DNA of 63,486 bases, filler included, from Choristocarpus tenellus KU-1152 (GCA_964200185.2; 9 parts of 9 records of this genome joined end to end with filler, not necessarily neighbours in it), one strand, 5' to 3'; shown: positions 51,034-63,486, counted from the whole stretch's first letter. Notes: generated by a model not told the origin, from the letters alone. A program made the numbers and translations.

Positions 51034-53503
51034 GCCCTTTCCTGTTTCTCCTAGACCTCCAGGAAGTTTGCTTGACCTTGGTCACTTATGCACCCACACT
51101 CTGGGCTGCACTCACCATGAAGGGGGTGGATGGGACTTCCTAGCCAGCATCCAACAAATGGGCTGTCCCACGAAGCAAGCTCGACGGATTGTACACCTAA
51201 GCTATCCTATGTGTGACTATACCACAAAAACACCTGACCAAGATCAAGGTGGAAACTGGGGCGAATCCGGTAAAGGTTTGAGGGAGGAGACAGTGTTGTG
51301 AACACTGGAAGTACTGAACCCCACGTGCAAAGCAAGGCGGTAATATGTAGGTAGTTCCTTAGTAGTTGGTACGAAAAGTAGTATAGTGTGTAATGTCTCT
51401 GACCATGGGTCGGGATAATCCCCAGACCAATGTGGGATCACATTGTGGGGTTGAAAAATAGAGGGGTTCTGCAAAAAAATAAAACCTGTTTTGATCGAAA
51501 CTGCCGAACGTTTACGGACAACCCACATAACGAAGCCCGGTAAAAGTCGAAGCGCCAGAACTAAGGGGTATAGCAGAAGGTGGTGTAGAGTCGTTAATAA
51601 AGGAGGTAGTCACTCTGTTAGTTGGGTGTAATATATATATTTTTAATATCATACTTTTAATATTATTATGCCTCCGACATTTTACTGATGTGTCAGGAGA
51701 AAAACCAATGAAAACTATTCACATGTCAGAAAAACAACCCTAAAAAAGTAATAGTTGTCATAAGTGTCAAAGACACATCTATTTTTCTATTCTACTACCA
51801 GCTATGATAGTTTTATAGTATTAAGGGAAGTGAAATGACCTGTCTATGCTTTATGTGTCACATTTGATGGCTATATACCACGAAAAGCATGTAACATAAC
51901 ATAGAGGTCCAATGACCATTGCTCTTTAAGTAAATATATGAAAAAAAGTGGAAGAGTTATTTTGTAGCATATTTGTGTACATACCCGTTGTTGCGATCAT
52001 TGATGTCTTTTGGGCGTCTCCACCCCCTGAAGATTCTACACATACCTCTCAAATGTATTTAGACCATGACATACTGAAACAATACTTAATTTTATACTTT
52101 GCTCACCACATACGATTCACGATTCGATGACGCTGGACCGATCAGGATGATTTCATAAAGAATAATATTATTTACCCCTAACATTGACCAAACTACCATA
52201 TTGTTAATTCAGTATCCGATCAGGTAGGTGAGAAATGCATTCCTTGGTAGTAACTCGACCTTCAATGAAGATTTGATCAAATTTATAAACATAAGCAATA
52301 TTCGTGTTTCATTTTCAACATAACAATTTTGATTTTTTTTTGGCGTTTCACTGGACGCCATTCCCCAACTATTACAGGACGTAACCCCTCCACTCTGGAC
52401 CTTGGATCAACTGGGTGATGTGACGATGACAGCTAGCGATACCCCTGTTCATCACGGCATCGTTGAGGCAAAGAATATAGTAAATCGCGCAGAAAATGGA
52501 AAAGGAGGGAGGCACTTGTACGAAAAGCAATAGTAGTGAAAAGCTGAGAGAGAGAGAGAAAGAGGGAGATTTTCTCCTCTTCCGATATTTCAATTACGTG
52601 TGTATTCTAGCATTATCAATAGTTCAAGTTTCTTCGAGAATGTTATACAGAAGTAGGTGACAAATACGTGCACTGACATATTTGTCCGCAACCCACCCCT
52701 TTAATATTGACTGCATCTTGACGCCTGTGTGACAGGGGAGTCAATCTGAGGAAGGAGGGGAAGTGACCAGTTCAAAACGCAACCAATCCGCGTTGGATCA
52801 GCGAGAAAAAAGACAATGCGATTACATCCAAATACATATCAAAGACATCAAGAATCGGTTGCTTAAGCTCGACAAGGTCGGCTCACCCAATAGTAGTATC
52901 CTAGTGGCGCTAGCGAACCAATATATGGCCTTCGCACAAGAAAGAAGGTTCCTCTCTTCCCCTTCTATTTCACAAGCAAGGATGCACTTATTATGATCCT
53001 CTAACTGCTGCTGGGAAATTGATAAGAACGACCAGAGGATGATATCACTGACCTTGGGTAGTGACTCATTGGATTTTGGTGCGAATCGATGCCAGTCTGC
53101 GCTTGATCACAGAAGGGCGAGCCAAGGTATACTACAGCGCATTGATGAACTTTGGCATGAGGAGGAGGAATCGAAGATATTGCAAGTGGAGTGTGAGTGG
53201 GAGGCAGAGCGTGAGCTCCAGGTATGGGGAAATCTAAAGTGAACATCCCAGCCTTGCCTGCATGGTTTTGTACTGACAGCAAAAACGATGACAAATTTCC
53301 TGTGTGCCTACCATGTTGAAAGCTGAGTGAGAGGTAGGTTGGGCTCGAAAGTGACACTTCTCATCATATTGATATGGTTGAGTAGTATTTGTCAACCAAT
53401 ATATCGCCATCCAATTGGGGATAGTTTATGCAACCAGCCTGAATATGTGCACTATGGAGAAGTGTAACCTTGCCTTTGAATGATGGGCGCATCTGGTATT
53501 TTT

Positions 53504-53562
53504 GGCTCAAATTATCTGGGAGGGGGTGGCGGCTGTCCATTTGGGGTCAATTTGTTCATGTC
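53504..53562 (+). mobile_element. MITE family B, partial copy at contig end
   Basis: GGCTCAAATTATCTGGGAGGGGGTGGCGGCTGTCCATTTGGGGTCAATTT. Confidence 0.8.
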
Positions 53563-53888
53563 NNNNNNNNNNNNNNNNNNNNNNNNNNNNNNNNNNNNNN
53601 NNNNNNTTAATTAATTAANNNNNNNNNNNNNNNNNNNNNNNNNNNNNNNNNNNNNNNNNNNNCCTGTCCCCACCCACAAACAACCGAAAAAACAGGAAAA
53701 AAAAAAAAAAAAAAAACGCGCAAAATAATAACGTGGAAACCCCTTGCTTCGTATACTCCGAAGTCGTCAAGCGCGATGCATTTCTGTTTACATTTAATAA
53801 GAATAAAAACATGCGCATACAATATGAGTTGTGATTGGTGTGTCTAACCTATTTTCCCACTTCTGCCCGTTGAACGAAAAAAAATTAG

Positions 53889-56701
53889 GTGATGGATCTT
53901 GAACTTGAGGGGAAGGACGGGGTCTCTTTGGACGAACTGCGCTGGACACACCGCCACAAGACAGGGGCACTCCTCAAGGCAAGGCCAGACGTGTTTTGTT
54001 TTATTTTCATCTGTTTTCATCTGGCTTACTGCAGTTGGCTGTTGGCATTGGGTGAGAGGTGCGGTACAAGCATTTGGTAGGGGTGTTAATAATGTTTAGT
54101 TTTTGGTGCATTTGGAGGGATAGTTGGGTGCTTACAGCAAGAGGTGAGTGTCTTGATGGTGATGAAACTGCGTGCATGGTTTTGCCCTTCACCTCCCTTT
54201 CCCACTCTTGACATTCATTGATCGTGGTCAGTAAGCACATCCCCCCTCCATGTTATTTTGACATTGGAGGTTTTTGATCTATTATAGGAGGCGGTTATTT
54301 CCTGAATCTCAACCGATGTAGTACTTTTACCGTGTTGATCAATATTAAACTTTTTTTTTGTTGAGAGTATTTTTGGAGGCGTTGTTTGAAGGTGTTGGTA
54401 AAATTTCTTTATTTGAAGGAGTTGCTGGGCGGGCTACCATTGACCAATGGATAGACTTGATGGTCTTGCTTTTCAATTACTTGATGTTTTATGTAATACT
54501 GGAACATAAAAAAATAAATGTAGGAGAAAATTTAATATGAGGTTTAAAGTTTTTTTATTTTTCAAATACTTTTTTCTGGTGTTGATTGAAGAAATGGCGT
54601 ATCGATTTTCTCCTCAACAATGTGCTTTTATGTCAAAAACACTTGTGTGGGATATATAAATTAGCAGTTTCGTTGAAGGTGATTTCGATCAATGGGGTTG
54701 AATCTTATTCTTTGGTCCAACATGTAGAAGAACAGAGCGCCTTGATGTGTTCCATTGGCAATTCATACGAATGCGAAGATTAATTCTCTATTTGAAATTG
54801 ATGGAAGGGACTTTTTTTTGTGAAGGTATCACTGATTGTAAAACAAAACTGTGGGTTGCTGTCTGCATTGTGTTCTGTTATTTTGAAATATGGGTGACGG
54901 ATGTGCTATCTGTGGAATCTTGATGGGTTTTGTTGTAAGCCAGGTGGCGTGCACAGCTGGGGCCATCCTGGGAGGGGCATCAGACAAGGATGTAAAGAGA
55001 ATGGAGACCTTCAGTGAGGCCATTGGTCTGGCCTTCCAGGGTGGGTAAAATGGCTGGACTCTTGATTTGATAGTGATGCTACTGCATGTGAAAAGGATTG
55101 GGTATTTGGATGGTGTGGATATTTGGTCATTCTCAATTGTGTACTGTAAAGTTAATGAAAGTTGCCACAAGGAGGATAAGAGTCAGCTCTGAAACGAGGG
55201 TTTAAATCTTTGGAATATTCTGATAAGATTGGGGTACTGAATTGCCTATTTTTAATGCAATATGGCACGATTCATTTGATGGACAAAACCCCACAACTGA
55301 AAGTAGAGCCTCTTGTGTGATGTCATACCCTCGTTGCCCATTTGCTGTCTTTAGGTCATGTTCATAATATGCACTTGCATTGCTCTCTTTCTTTTTCTTT
55401 CCAATGAGGATATATATATATATATTTGGATGGCCTGTGCGATGAGCTTTGACTTTTTGTGAAGTGTAGGACAGTTCTTGCAAAACACTCAGTATTGTGT
55501 GCAAATAGGTGCTGCATGTCATGATCTTGAGACACCAACATACCACCGTACCAGTAACACATTAGTTCCTGCACAAGTATAGTTTAGCAGAAATATCTGA
55601 CTATATTTTTTAGTGTCAGAGACTAGGGTTCAGACCCTGATGGGTTCACTTTTCTGACTCTGTTGACCGTGGGAAGATAATTGGACTGGGATGTTTTTCT
55701 GGTTGGGTCCTTGAAGGTAAAATACTAAAGTTAAAATGATGGCTGTGGGTCCACTAGTGGAGTGAAGACCCTTGGATTAAGCAAAGGAGCACCCTGTTAT
55801 ATATGTATGTGTGTTTTTGTCAAGATTTTGAGATACATTTTGACACCAAGGTGGTTAGTTGTCTACCAGAGTGAATCTCAATAACTCGACTCTGAAAGCT
55901 TCGTTTTGCAAACCATGATGACTACTGGGGTGAATATGAGAGTTGACATGGTTCAATGCAATGCACACTGATGCTAGTTTGTGGAAGGAGGTGAACTAGA
56001 GATGTTGGCAAGGCATTAGGAAGTTGTAGAGTCCAACTCGGTTCACACATGCTTATTTCATACCAGCTCAAGTCCCTCTTCATTTCAGTGCCCTCTTCTG
56101 TACTGGTCCATTGGGAGATGCTTAATCTCATACACACACATCAAAATTAGTATTGTAGTAGGTAGTAGGTGATACAATATAGCCACAAGGATATTATGGC
56201 ACTGATCCAGTGGGTATATATGGTTGAGAGAACAGCAGAAAGAGGATACTCTTTTTCTACTGGATTGATCTGTGTGGCCTAGATAGATACAGTATATGTG
56301 TAGATGAGATTATAGTAAAGCTTCACGAGAACTGTTTATATTATAAAGCAGCAGGCTGCAATTCATTATTTTTACTATTTTTTTTATTTTTTGCAGTTGT
56401 TGATATTGCTGTTCAACTTCAGTGTGTCACCTCTGTTGAACATAAGAGTCCCAACCCCACGTTTTCTTTCCTTTAATGAAAGCCTTATCCGTGTCTGATC
56501 AATACACAATCGTTCTTGCACTGTCTCTCTCACGTACACTCAGTCTAACTAAAAGAAAATGAACTTGTGTTGTTGTAATGCACCACTGCTGTAATTTGTT
56601 CATCCTGCTATTGCCTTGTCCTTCCTGATACCTTTTCAGTGGCGGATGATATTCTGGACTGCACACAGACTTCGGAGCAACTGGGCAAGACAGCAGGGAA
56701 G
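53889..56701 (+). CDS. GGPPS: Geranylgeranyl diphosphate synthase (CrtE/plastid type), three internal exons
   Basis: Exons 53889-53978, 54944-55040 and 56640-56701 splice to VMDLELEGKDGVSLDELRWTHRHKTGALLK|VACTAGAILGGASDKDVKRMETFSEAIGLAFQ|VADDILDCTQTSEQLGKTAGK. This contains the KT motif, the second aspartate-rich motif DDILD, and LGKTAGK. Both ends lie outside the contig. Confidence 0.92.
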
Positions 56702-56850
56702 GTGTGGTGTTTTCAAGCCCTCCCTCCATATATGTGTGTCTAAGCTGGGTCTTGTTTGTGATTCCTAAAGCTTTGTTACGATGAACTTAGGTCATCTCCT
56801 TCTAGGGAAGGGAGGAGGTTGCAATAGAGAGTAGACTGAAAGATGACCTG

Positions 56851-56870
56851 GGGTCAAAGTATCTGGGGGG
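56851..56870. mobile_element. MITE family B terminal repeat at contig end
   Basis: GGGTCAAAGTATCTGGGGGG runs into the spacer. Confidence 0.55.
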
Positions 56871-58879
56871 NNNNNNNNNNNNNNNNNNNNNNNNNNNNNN
56901 NNNNNNNNNNNNNNTTAATTAATTAANNNNNNNNNNNNNNNNNNNNNNNNNNNNNNNNNNNNNNNNNNNNCCCCCAGAAGCGTTGACCCGCCTCTCTGTG
57001 ACGACGTATCGTAACCATGCTTTCTCTCTAGGTGGTCCATGGTGGGACAGACCTGTTTGCTGAGGAATCTCTGACTCGGCTGCAATGTCCATGCAAACGG
57101 CCTCTGTGCTTGTCTCTCTTCCTCCGTGAGTCTCGTTTGGAGTGCCTGTGTTAAAACATAGGCTACCCATCTGTTTTTCCATGATACCATACAGTTCCAC
57201 CAGCCAACACTGACTGTTGATTGGTCTGTTGAGCACTGGTCATTACTGTCACTAGTTCATCATGACACATCACATCAATTATCATCAGGACGCCGAAGTA
57301 CAGAACAGTTGCTCTGCATTTTACACACAGGAATAGTATGCGTGACTTGAGTTGCATCACATATTGATTCAAGTATGTTCTCTTGTTCTCTTGTTTGTTC
57401 TTCTCTTTTCTCTCTCTTTCTTCTTATCAGCAGAAGACCCCAGTTGTACGTTAATTGTTTAATATTTAATTCTTGGTTGTCATTGATCCCTCATAATGCA
57501 CCAAGCTCACTCTGCAATAAGTGTACCTGATGCACACCTGGATGTAATATATATTCAGAGTTAAACCCATCCACAGAAACCTTTGCCAGCCAAGGTAACA
57601 AGGCTTTCCACAGAGCATGGACTTCTTTCGTTGAGTATCTCATGAAAGGACACTGATTTGACATCACATCATTCTGGACTGAGCAACCAAGAATACCGAA
57701 TTCACATCACATCATTCTTGACTGAGTGATCAATGACCCCAGTTACAACAACAGAATAAATACATCAGTGCTTTGCAGCACAATCGCATCTATTCACAAC
57801 ACAGACTATGCATTTTACTCATCGGTGCTTTGCAACACCATGATTCCTCGTCGCTCGTAGTCTACGCATTTTGCTCACAGTAACGATGCATTCGATCCAG
57901 GTTTCAACAGTCTGTCTCGGGATCTCGACCTGGAATGGGATCTACCACTGGTGGAGGGGCGGATATGAACACGCTCTTCTTTTGACGCGCTTCTGTGTTT
58001 TAGCCGTCACAGCTGCTGCGGGAATTCTCAGTACGTGTGATGCTGGGTCGGTACCTCTCCGAATCATTGATTCCCTGCGGACACTGTGAGCCAGGCATGT
58101 CTGCGGACCTGAGGTAAGGAAGAAAGAACAACGCGATGCAAAAATCGGGAATGTTAGTGTATGGATGGCGAGAAATAGCTACCTAAGTAACGTCTATAAC
58201 ATAGGGGTCCAAGACCATCCATTTCCGATCATAGGTACATGGTGCCACCTTTGGAGTCACGGATACGCTTATGCTAGTCCTTTCCTCCAGATCGGAAGGG
58301 GTAGACAATAATGAGAGTGCTCCAGGACCATCAACGGATATTATGAAACCATGAAGAAAAAAATCCAGGCCATAGTAGGGAGTTACCCCAAGAATCTACG
58401 TGATGAGGAGAATGCTGAGTATTCTCTCCAGTTTGAAGAGATAAGGTAGGACCACCATGTTACAGCATGCTCCAAAGCTTACGTCCACGAGATGTACAGT
58501 TCCAGTCTACAAGCTTGTAGACGGCACTGATGCCTGTACAGGACTCCTGAGCCACACTGACAGCCTGAGTTCCAGCGAGGATGGTGAATATCAGGTCAGC
58601 TGATCAAGGTATACTCTCATTCAATGTAAGTGTATGACAATAGAATATAGAAGAATGAAGCAAATGCTGTCTTCATCAATTAAATATACTCTTACGGAGT
58701 TTAAAGATGCCGTAATACATCTGAAAAACCGTTGCTTTATTCCAAGTAACATATCGTACACTGTATAACTATAGCAAATCGGACTACCCCAATTGGGGGA
58801 TTCCGCGTGCACGTTTACTGCTCGCACTGGTTAGAGCGTGAGAAGAAATACTTGCGCTATTCGCCTGTAACACATTCGC

Positions 58880-59091
58880 CCCATGCGATCTGGTCAGCAC
58901 ACTCCTTCAGATGACGGAACACAGTGATTCAGGGAATTCCAAAGTCCTCCGTGATTGCTGCACCGTCCCCCAAGGTATCCCATGCGATCTGGTCAGCACA
59001 CTCCTTCAGATGACGGAACACAGTGATTCAGGAAATTCCAAAGTCCTCCGTGATTGCTGCACCGTCCCCCAAGGCATCGTCCCCCAAGGCA
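58880..59091. repeat. 99-bp tandem duplication plus a 15-bp sub-duplication
   Basis: CCCATGCGATCTGGTCAGCACACTCC...GCACCGTCCCCCAAGG occurs twice, nearly identical, followed by a repeated CGTCCCCCAAGGCAT. Confidence 0.92.
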
Positions 59092-59250
59092 TCTGGTCTT
59101 GCGCCCTCACCTCCAACCTCCAGGTATCGTGACACCATGCTGTTCTTCGTCAGGGTGTTGAGTCTGGACTTCAGACAGACTTCTGAGTAAGAATTGGGAC
59201 CGACAGGCGATAACGGGATGAGTAAGTCGCTCAAACAATGGGGGGCCTTG

Positions 59251-59527
59251 CTACCTCCTCGGTAGACACAGGGTTTACTAATGTTCTATCAAAAGCTAAT
59301 CCCAGGGATCGCAAGCTGTTAGACTTGGTGAGGTTTCGCCCGAGGGTTGCTATCCATCTAATCAGTGACCAACTTCGGCGGGGCAGTTACCTATGTGAGG
59401 TTGTGTATCCTGGCGGCGTTTTAACCTTTTGATGGTTGTGTAACCATGTAACCATGCCGAGATTCGATCCCAGGACAGTAGCGTTTGTTAGAACACTAGT
59501 AAACCCCTATGTCTACCGAGCAGATAG
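59251..59527. mobile_element. MITE family D (~277 bp, ~48-bp TIRs); another left arm starts at ~59536
   Basis: Left arm CTACCTCCTCGGTAGACACAGGGTTTACTAATGTTCTATCAAAAGCTA; the right arm reverse-complements to CTATCTGCTCGGTAGACATAGGGGTTTACTAGTGTTCTAACAAACGCTA. A third arm reads CTACCTCCTCAGTAGACACAAGGGTTTTACTAATGTTC. Confidence 0.75.
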
Positions 59528-59863
59528 TTAGCTGACTACCTCCTCAGTAGACACAAGGGTTTTACTAATGTTCAATCAGGCCTTCGTCCTAGGCATCCCA
59601 ATAAAACACCCACTTTGACACTTTCACAAAGGTTTGAACCCTGTCAAATTGGGCTCATCGACTTTGCACTGGTTATCCTCCCCAGTAATGACAGCCCCCA
59701 TCTCAAACTTTGCATGCCGCCCAATCTATATGAGAACTAAGCCTCGTCCCGAGGGTTCGTCAAGTGGGTCGGAAATATAGATAGGTGTAGGCCGCCCCAT
59801 TTTTCTTGATAAACTGATGGGCAACATTTTAGTGTCTGCACAATACACCCACAAAATATGAAT

Positions 59864-60124
59864 GAGTGAAAGTATCTTAGAGGGTACGAGTGTTGCCCTG
59901 TTTGTCGGTTTGGGTCTTGGCTTCCCGCGAGTTCTTTTATGACATTTTCGTACCCGGAAATGTTTAGGAGTAGGTAAAACGTATACGTTATGTAAAGGTG
60001 TGTCCGGAACAAGGATATTGACACCTTCCTAACAAACACGATAGTTATAATTACATCAAAACCACAATATTGGATTTTGGCCCCCAAAACGGACGCGGCC
60101 CTACCCTCTAAGGTACTTTGACTT
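59864..60124 (-). mobile_element. MITE family A, full-length copy
   Basis: GAGTGAAAGTATCTTAGAGGGTAC ... CTACCCTCTAAGGTACTTTGACTT. Confidence 0.9.
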
Positions 60125-60375
60125 AATATTCAAAACAAAATATTGCTTCTTCATCGGGGCTGGAAACGTTATGTTACAATAAATTCCGTACAGAGGAAGC
60201 ATTTCATATCGACGTATTTCTTTGCTACTAAATGACAACAAAAGATTTATACAAGATTGTTTATTTCTATTTAATCACAAGATAACATTGGTATATGATT
60301 GTTATTTCCTGTTAAATCACAACGTAAGATTTGTATATGATGATGAGGTCGGGACAGGTCACCGTTTCACAATGA

Positions 60376-60403
60376 GACCCAAAGTATCTGGGAGGGGGGG
60401 ATC
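60376..60403 (-). mobile_element. MITE family B terminal repeat at contig end
   Basis: GACCCAAAGTATCTGGGAGGGGGGGATC. Confidence 0.7.
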
Positions 60404-60503
60404 NNNNNNNNNNNNNNNNNNNNNNNNNNNNNNNNNNNNNNNNNNNNTTAATTAATTAANNNNNNNNNNNNNNNNNNNNNNNNNNNNNNNNNNNNNNNNN
60501 NNN

Positions 60504-60671
60504 TTAGGAAGTGTCAATATCCATGTTTCGGTCACACCTTTCCATAACCTATACACTTTCCCTACTCCGAACCATTTTGGAGTAGGAAAATGTCATAAAA
60601 GAACCCATGGGAAGCCAAGCTCCAAATGGACAAACAGGGAAAAACTCGTACCCTCTAAGGTACTTTCACTC
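60504..60671 (+). mobile_element. MITE family A, partial copy at contig start
   Basis: TTAGGAAGTGTCAATATCC ... CTCGTACCCTCTAAGGTACTTTCACTC. Confidence 0.88.
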
Positions 60672-63153
60672 AAATTCTCGTTTTATTTGACTCTTTGCTA
60701 CTAGCATCCACTCTCACACACCACATCATCCTGTTTTCTACACGTCGGGCAAATCATAATTCAACTCATAATTTTGTACTATCCATTGTACTTGCCAAGT
60801 GAGCTTGGATGATCGAGACCAGATTCTCGTGAAAAGAACTCTAGCATCCATAGGGACCAAACCCACGAAGTTCTCATAGGGAACGGTATCATCAACCACT
60901 GAGCCACAAGGCCACTCACCATGGCCATCAACCTGTTTGAACATGACTCGGGTCATACAATATTTATGTACATTAGTATTAGTAGCGTTTTTAATTGAGG
61001 GTGTTCGGTTAACAGTCCACCCAGTTGTCTGAAAAATTTCTGACTTCTGCCCAGAAAAAATCAAACTTTGGTCCAGCAGTATAATGGTATGCATTTACCC
61101 TTGAACGGTACAATCAATCCTCACGTACCGTCTACAACTCCATACGTAGTCGTACCATGCCGTCCACTAAACTAAAACCCTGTTCCACAAAATTCTGCCA
61201 ACTGGCCCGTACAAACAAGTTCGAATGTGGTCGAGTCCGTGGTGGATATGCTAATTGCTTAGATGTGTGTTGGATCCTGGTTTTCTGTAAGTTATCCCAC
61301 CTTTCCTCCTCTGATTTACCTGTGTCCAACACACTACCCCCTGCCTTTTCCTTCCGAAACACCACTCCCGTATTCCCAGAGCATGATGCAGTTGTTGCTG
61401 AAAGTTCGCCCCCTTTCAACATATTGGTTAATCCTGCCCTGTTTGCTTTCCCTTTGCCCCCCCCTACTTCCATCTCCGGTACAACTTCCGTAACCAGCCC
61501 CCCATTTGCACACAGCAAACCCACTAGCCTGCCCCACATAGTTCTACTTTACCTTTTTTCCCTCAGGGTGTCAGTATCATCCTCAAAGGATGAAGAGTCA
61601 CCTGCCCTGTCACGTTTCTTGCCTCATGCCACCAACATTTTCACAACAGAGATACGGTGTGTCTCGGACAGCTCAGCACCTCTAGTGTTGGCGGGCTGGA
61701 GGCCTGACCTTGACCTCAAATCGAGGTCAGAATCCAGTCTCCATCGTCTCTAAGGTTCTCTTTCACAAAACAGAGGATAAACCCTTCACAACAAAATCTC
61801 GAATCCTAACACGCACAGAGACTTCGCATACATAGGTCGTGTATTAGAATCTCACACATCCCTTTCAGAACTGTGAAAGACCCTTCAGATGTTGATAGCG
61901 GCACCCATCAACCCCACGGCAGGGCCCCAATGCCTGCTGCCTATTACGTCACTACTCACCACTTACCCTTCAATATTTTGTTAACCCTGGTTGGGTATGC
62001 CAGGTCATGGGTCCTGGATGTTGACCACTGCCTACACAGTGCCTATAAACACAACTCACCAGTGCTGAGTACTGCCGATTTCTGACAAGAAGCAGAAAAA
62101 AAAATCAGCATCAAGCATTGCCACCTACACCTCCTATTTCACTAAGAAGAAATCTCCGATTTAGACTTGAAATTGTCAACCACAATATTCTCTGTCTGTA
62201 CATCCTTCCTTTGTCACTACACTATCAATGGTAGATGCTAGAAGTACTGCTGCATTAATAGTACACTGGAGTGTAAGCTTTGAAATATTTAGGTATACAA
62301 ATAATACTTCCAAGTACAACTATACTGGTTGACTCAAAAGCCTGGCCAAGTCACCCTCAACAGCCTCGTTTACATCCACCACTTGAACCAAAAAGAGAGG
62401 TTTCCTACGATGTTCAACTCTATGACTGTGTGATAACTACTACCACATCAAGCACAGAAATAAATTCAAACTTGCATGTCTCTGTCAACTACAGAGTGTG
62501 TCGAACAATATTTTAGGGACACTATGGATGCCTCACATTCAAGTCTTAAATTTCCACACTTTTTTTTTAAAGCTATTATAAAAAGTTCTAAATTATACAG
62601 AAGTCTACAGGATGCTTTTAAAGATTCTTAATAATTGTGTGCTTCAGATTGCAATATAATGGTTTTGTGTTTTATGAGGGTGAATAGGAAACAAAAAATC
62701 ACACAACTTCTTCTGTTTCCTGCAGAAAGAGAATTAAAAAAACGGAACAACCGTCCTTTTCAGATACAGCCTTTACATCTAGCAACAGCACACACCCCAG
62801 TGCCGTTTTCAGGTGCAAACAACTCAATTGTTACACTCCTCTCAAAGATTGAAGAAAACAGCAGGAGAGACAGAAAAAAAAACTCAACAGTAGCATCTAA
62901 ACCAGCAAGAGACAGCCCCAAATTCAAAATGAACGGAATTTGCCTTCATCAAAAGGAGCCAAGAAGAAAAGAATAAACACCTCAAATCACAAATAAATGT
63001 CCTGCAACCATGACATCAGCACTCTACCAGTAGTTGTGTAACGGTGACACACACTACCCCAAACAGACAACGCCTTGCCTACAATGAAACAACACCGACC
63101 ACAACGCCCGCCCACCCCTCCCCTCCCCTCCCTACCCCACCCCACCCCACCCC

Positions 63154-63462
63154 CTATCGCTGCCCTCGTGTCTTCATTTCTACAGAACGGCGTCCAACTG
63201 CTGAGCCACTCTTCCGGTGTGGCCCCTTCCCTGCAACCAACCCTGCATCCAAGGACACTTCTTGCAGTCCCTGGTCGTAGAACTCATCTTCATTGTCTTC
63301 ATACTCTTCTTCAGACTCCCCCTCCCCCATCAGCCCTTCGCTCTCATTCACCTTCTTGTACTTCACACCAAGGAGATCGTCTTCCCTTGCAGCACAGCAC
63401 AGGCAACAACGCCTCCAGCGGGAGCAGCAGGTGAAGAGGGTCATGAACACGCAGTCAATTAC
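63154..63462 (-). CDS. Probable terminal exon of an unidentified gene (Cys-rich segment followed by acidic tail)
   Basis: A polypyrimidine tract and TGCAG acceptor (63464-63463) precede 102 open codons, VIDCVFMTLFTCCSRWRRCCLCCAAREDD...EEEYEDNEDEFY...QR*. Confidence 0.55.
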   Translation of the reverse strand, partial: VIDCVFMTLFTCCSRWRRCCLCCAAREDDLLGVKYKKVNESEGLMGEGESEEEYEDNEDEFYDQGLQEVSLDAGLVAGKGPHRKSGSAVGRRSVEMKTRGQR

Positions 63463-63486
63463 CTGCACAGGAGGGGGGGGGGGGAA

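Noticed and set aside
32903-56701. Tyrosinase plus GGPP synthase as a putative biosynthetic gene cluster
   Set aside because: They lie on different contigs separated by two artificial spacers, so there is no evidence of linkage.
1-63486. rRNA, tRNA or other structured RNA genes; prokaryotic operons or defence systems
   Set aside because: None recognised by eye. A covariance-model search (Infernal/Rfam, tRNAscan-SE) would be needed to exclude small ncRNAs.

Overview
This is eukaryotic, intron-rich DNA, not a prokaryotic locus. It consists of nine contigs joined by an artificial 100-nt spacer (N44-TTAATTAATTAA-N44), so adjacency across spacers has no meaning. Gene content and style suggest a photosynthetic stramenopile, probably a brown alga or close relative (inference). 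Spliced genes reconstructed by hand: (1) a large WW + FYVE + ARM-like protein (12942-23502, minus, at least 9 exons, 3' end missing); (2) PIG-S/GPI17, head-to-head with it (23757-26768); (3) the 3' end of SUGP1/SF4 (28115-28998, minus); (4) a membrane-anchored tyrosinase-family type-3 copper protein with all six His ligands (32903-45392, 14 exons found, probably one missing); (5) three internal exons of a plastid-type GGPP synthase, including a GC-AG intron (53889-56701). The rest is mostly transposon debris: two abundant MITE families with Sola-like terminal repeats, an intron-containing Sola-like transposase relic, a DD39D mariner relic, hAT and DIRS/Ngaro relics, and several mini/microsatellites. 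I found no clearly new multi-gene system. The best leads are the Sola-like transposase/MITE set, the WW-FYVE-ARM architecture, the CpG-depletion pattern, and the structured minisatellite upstream of the tyrosinase.
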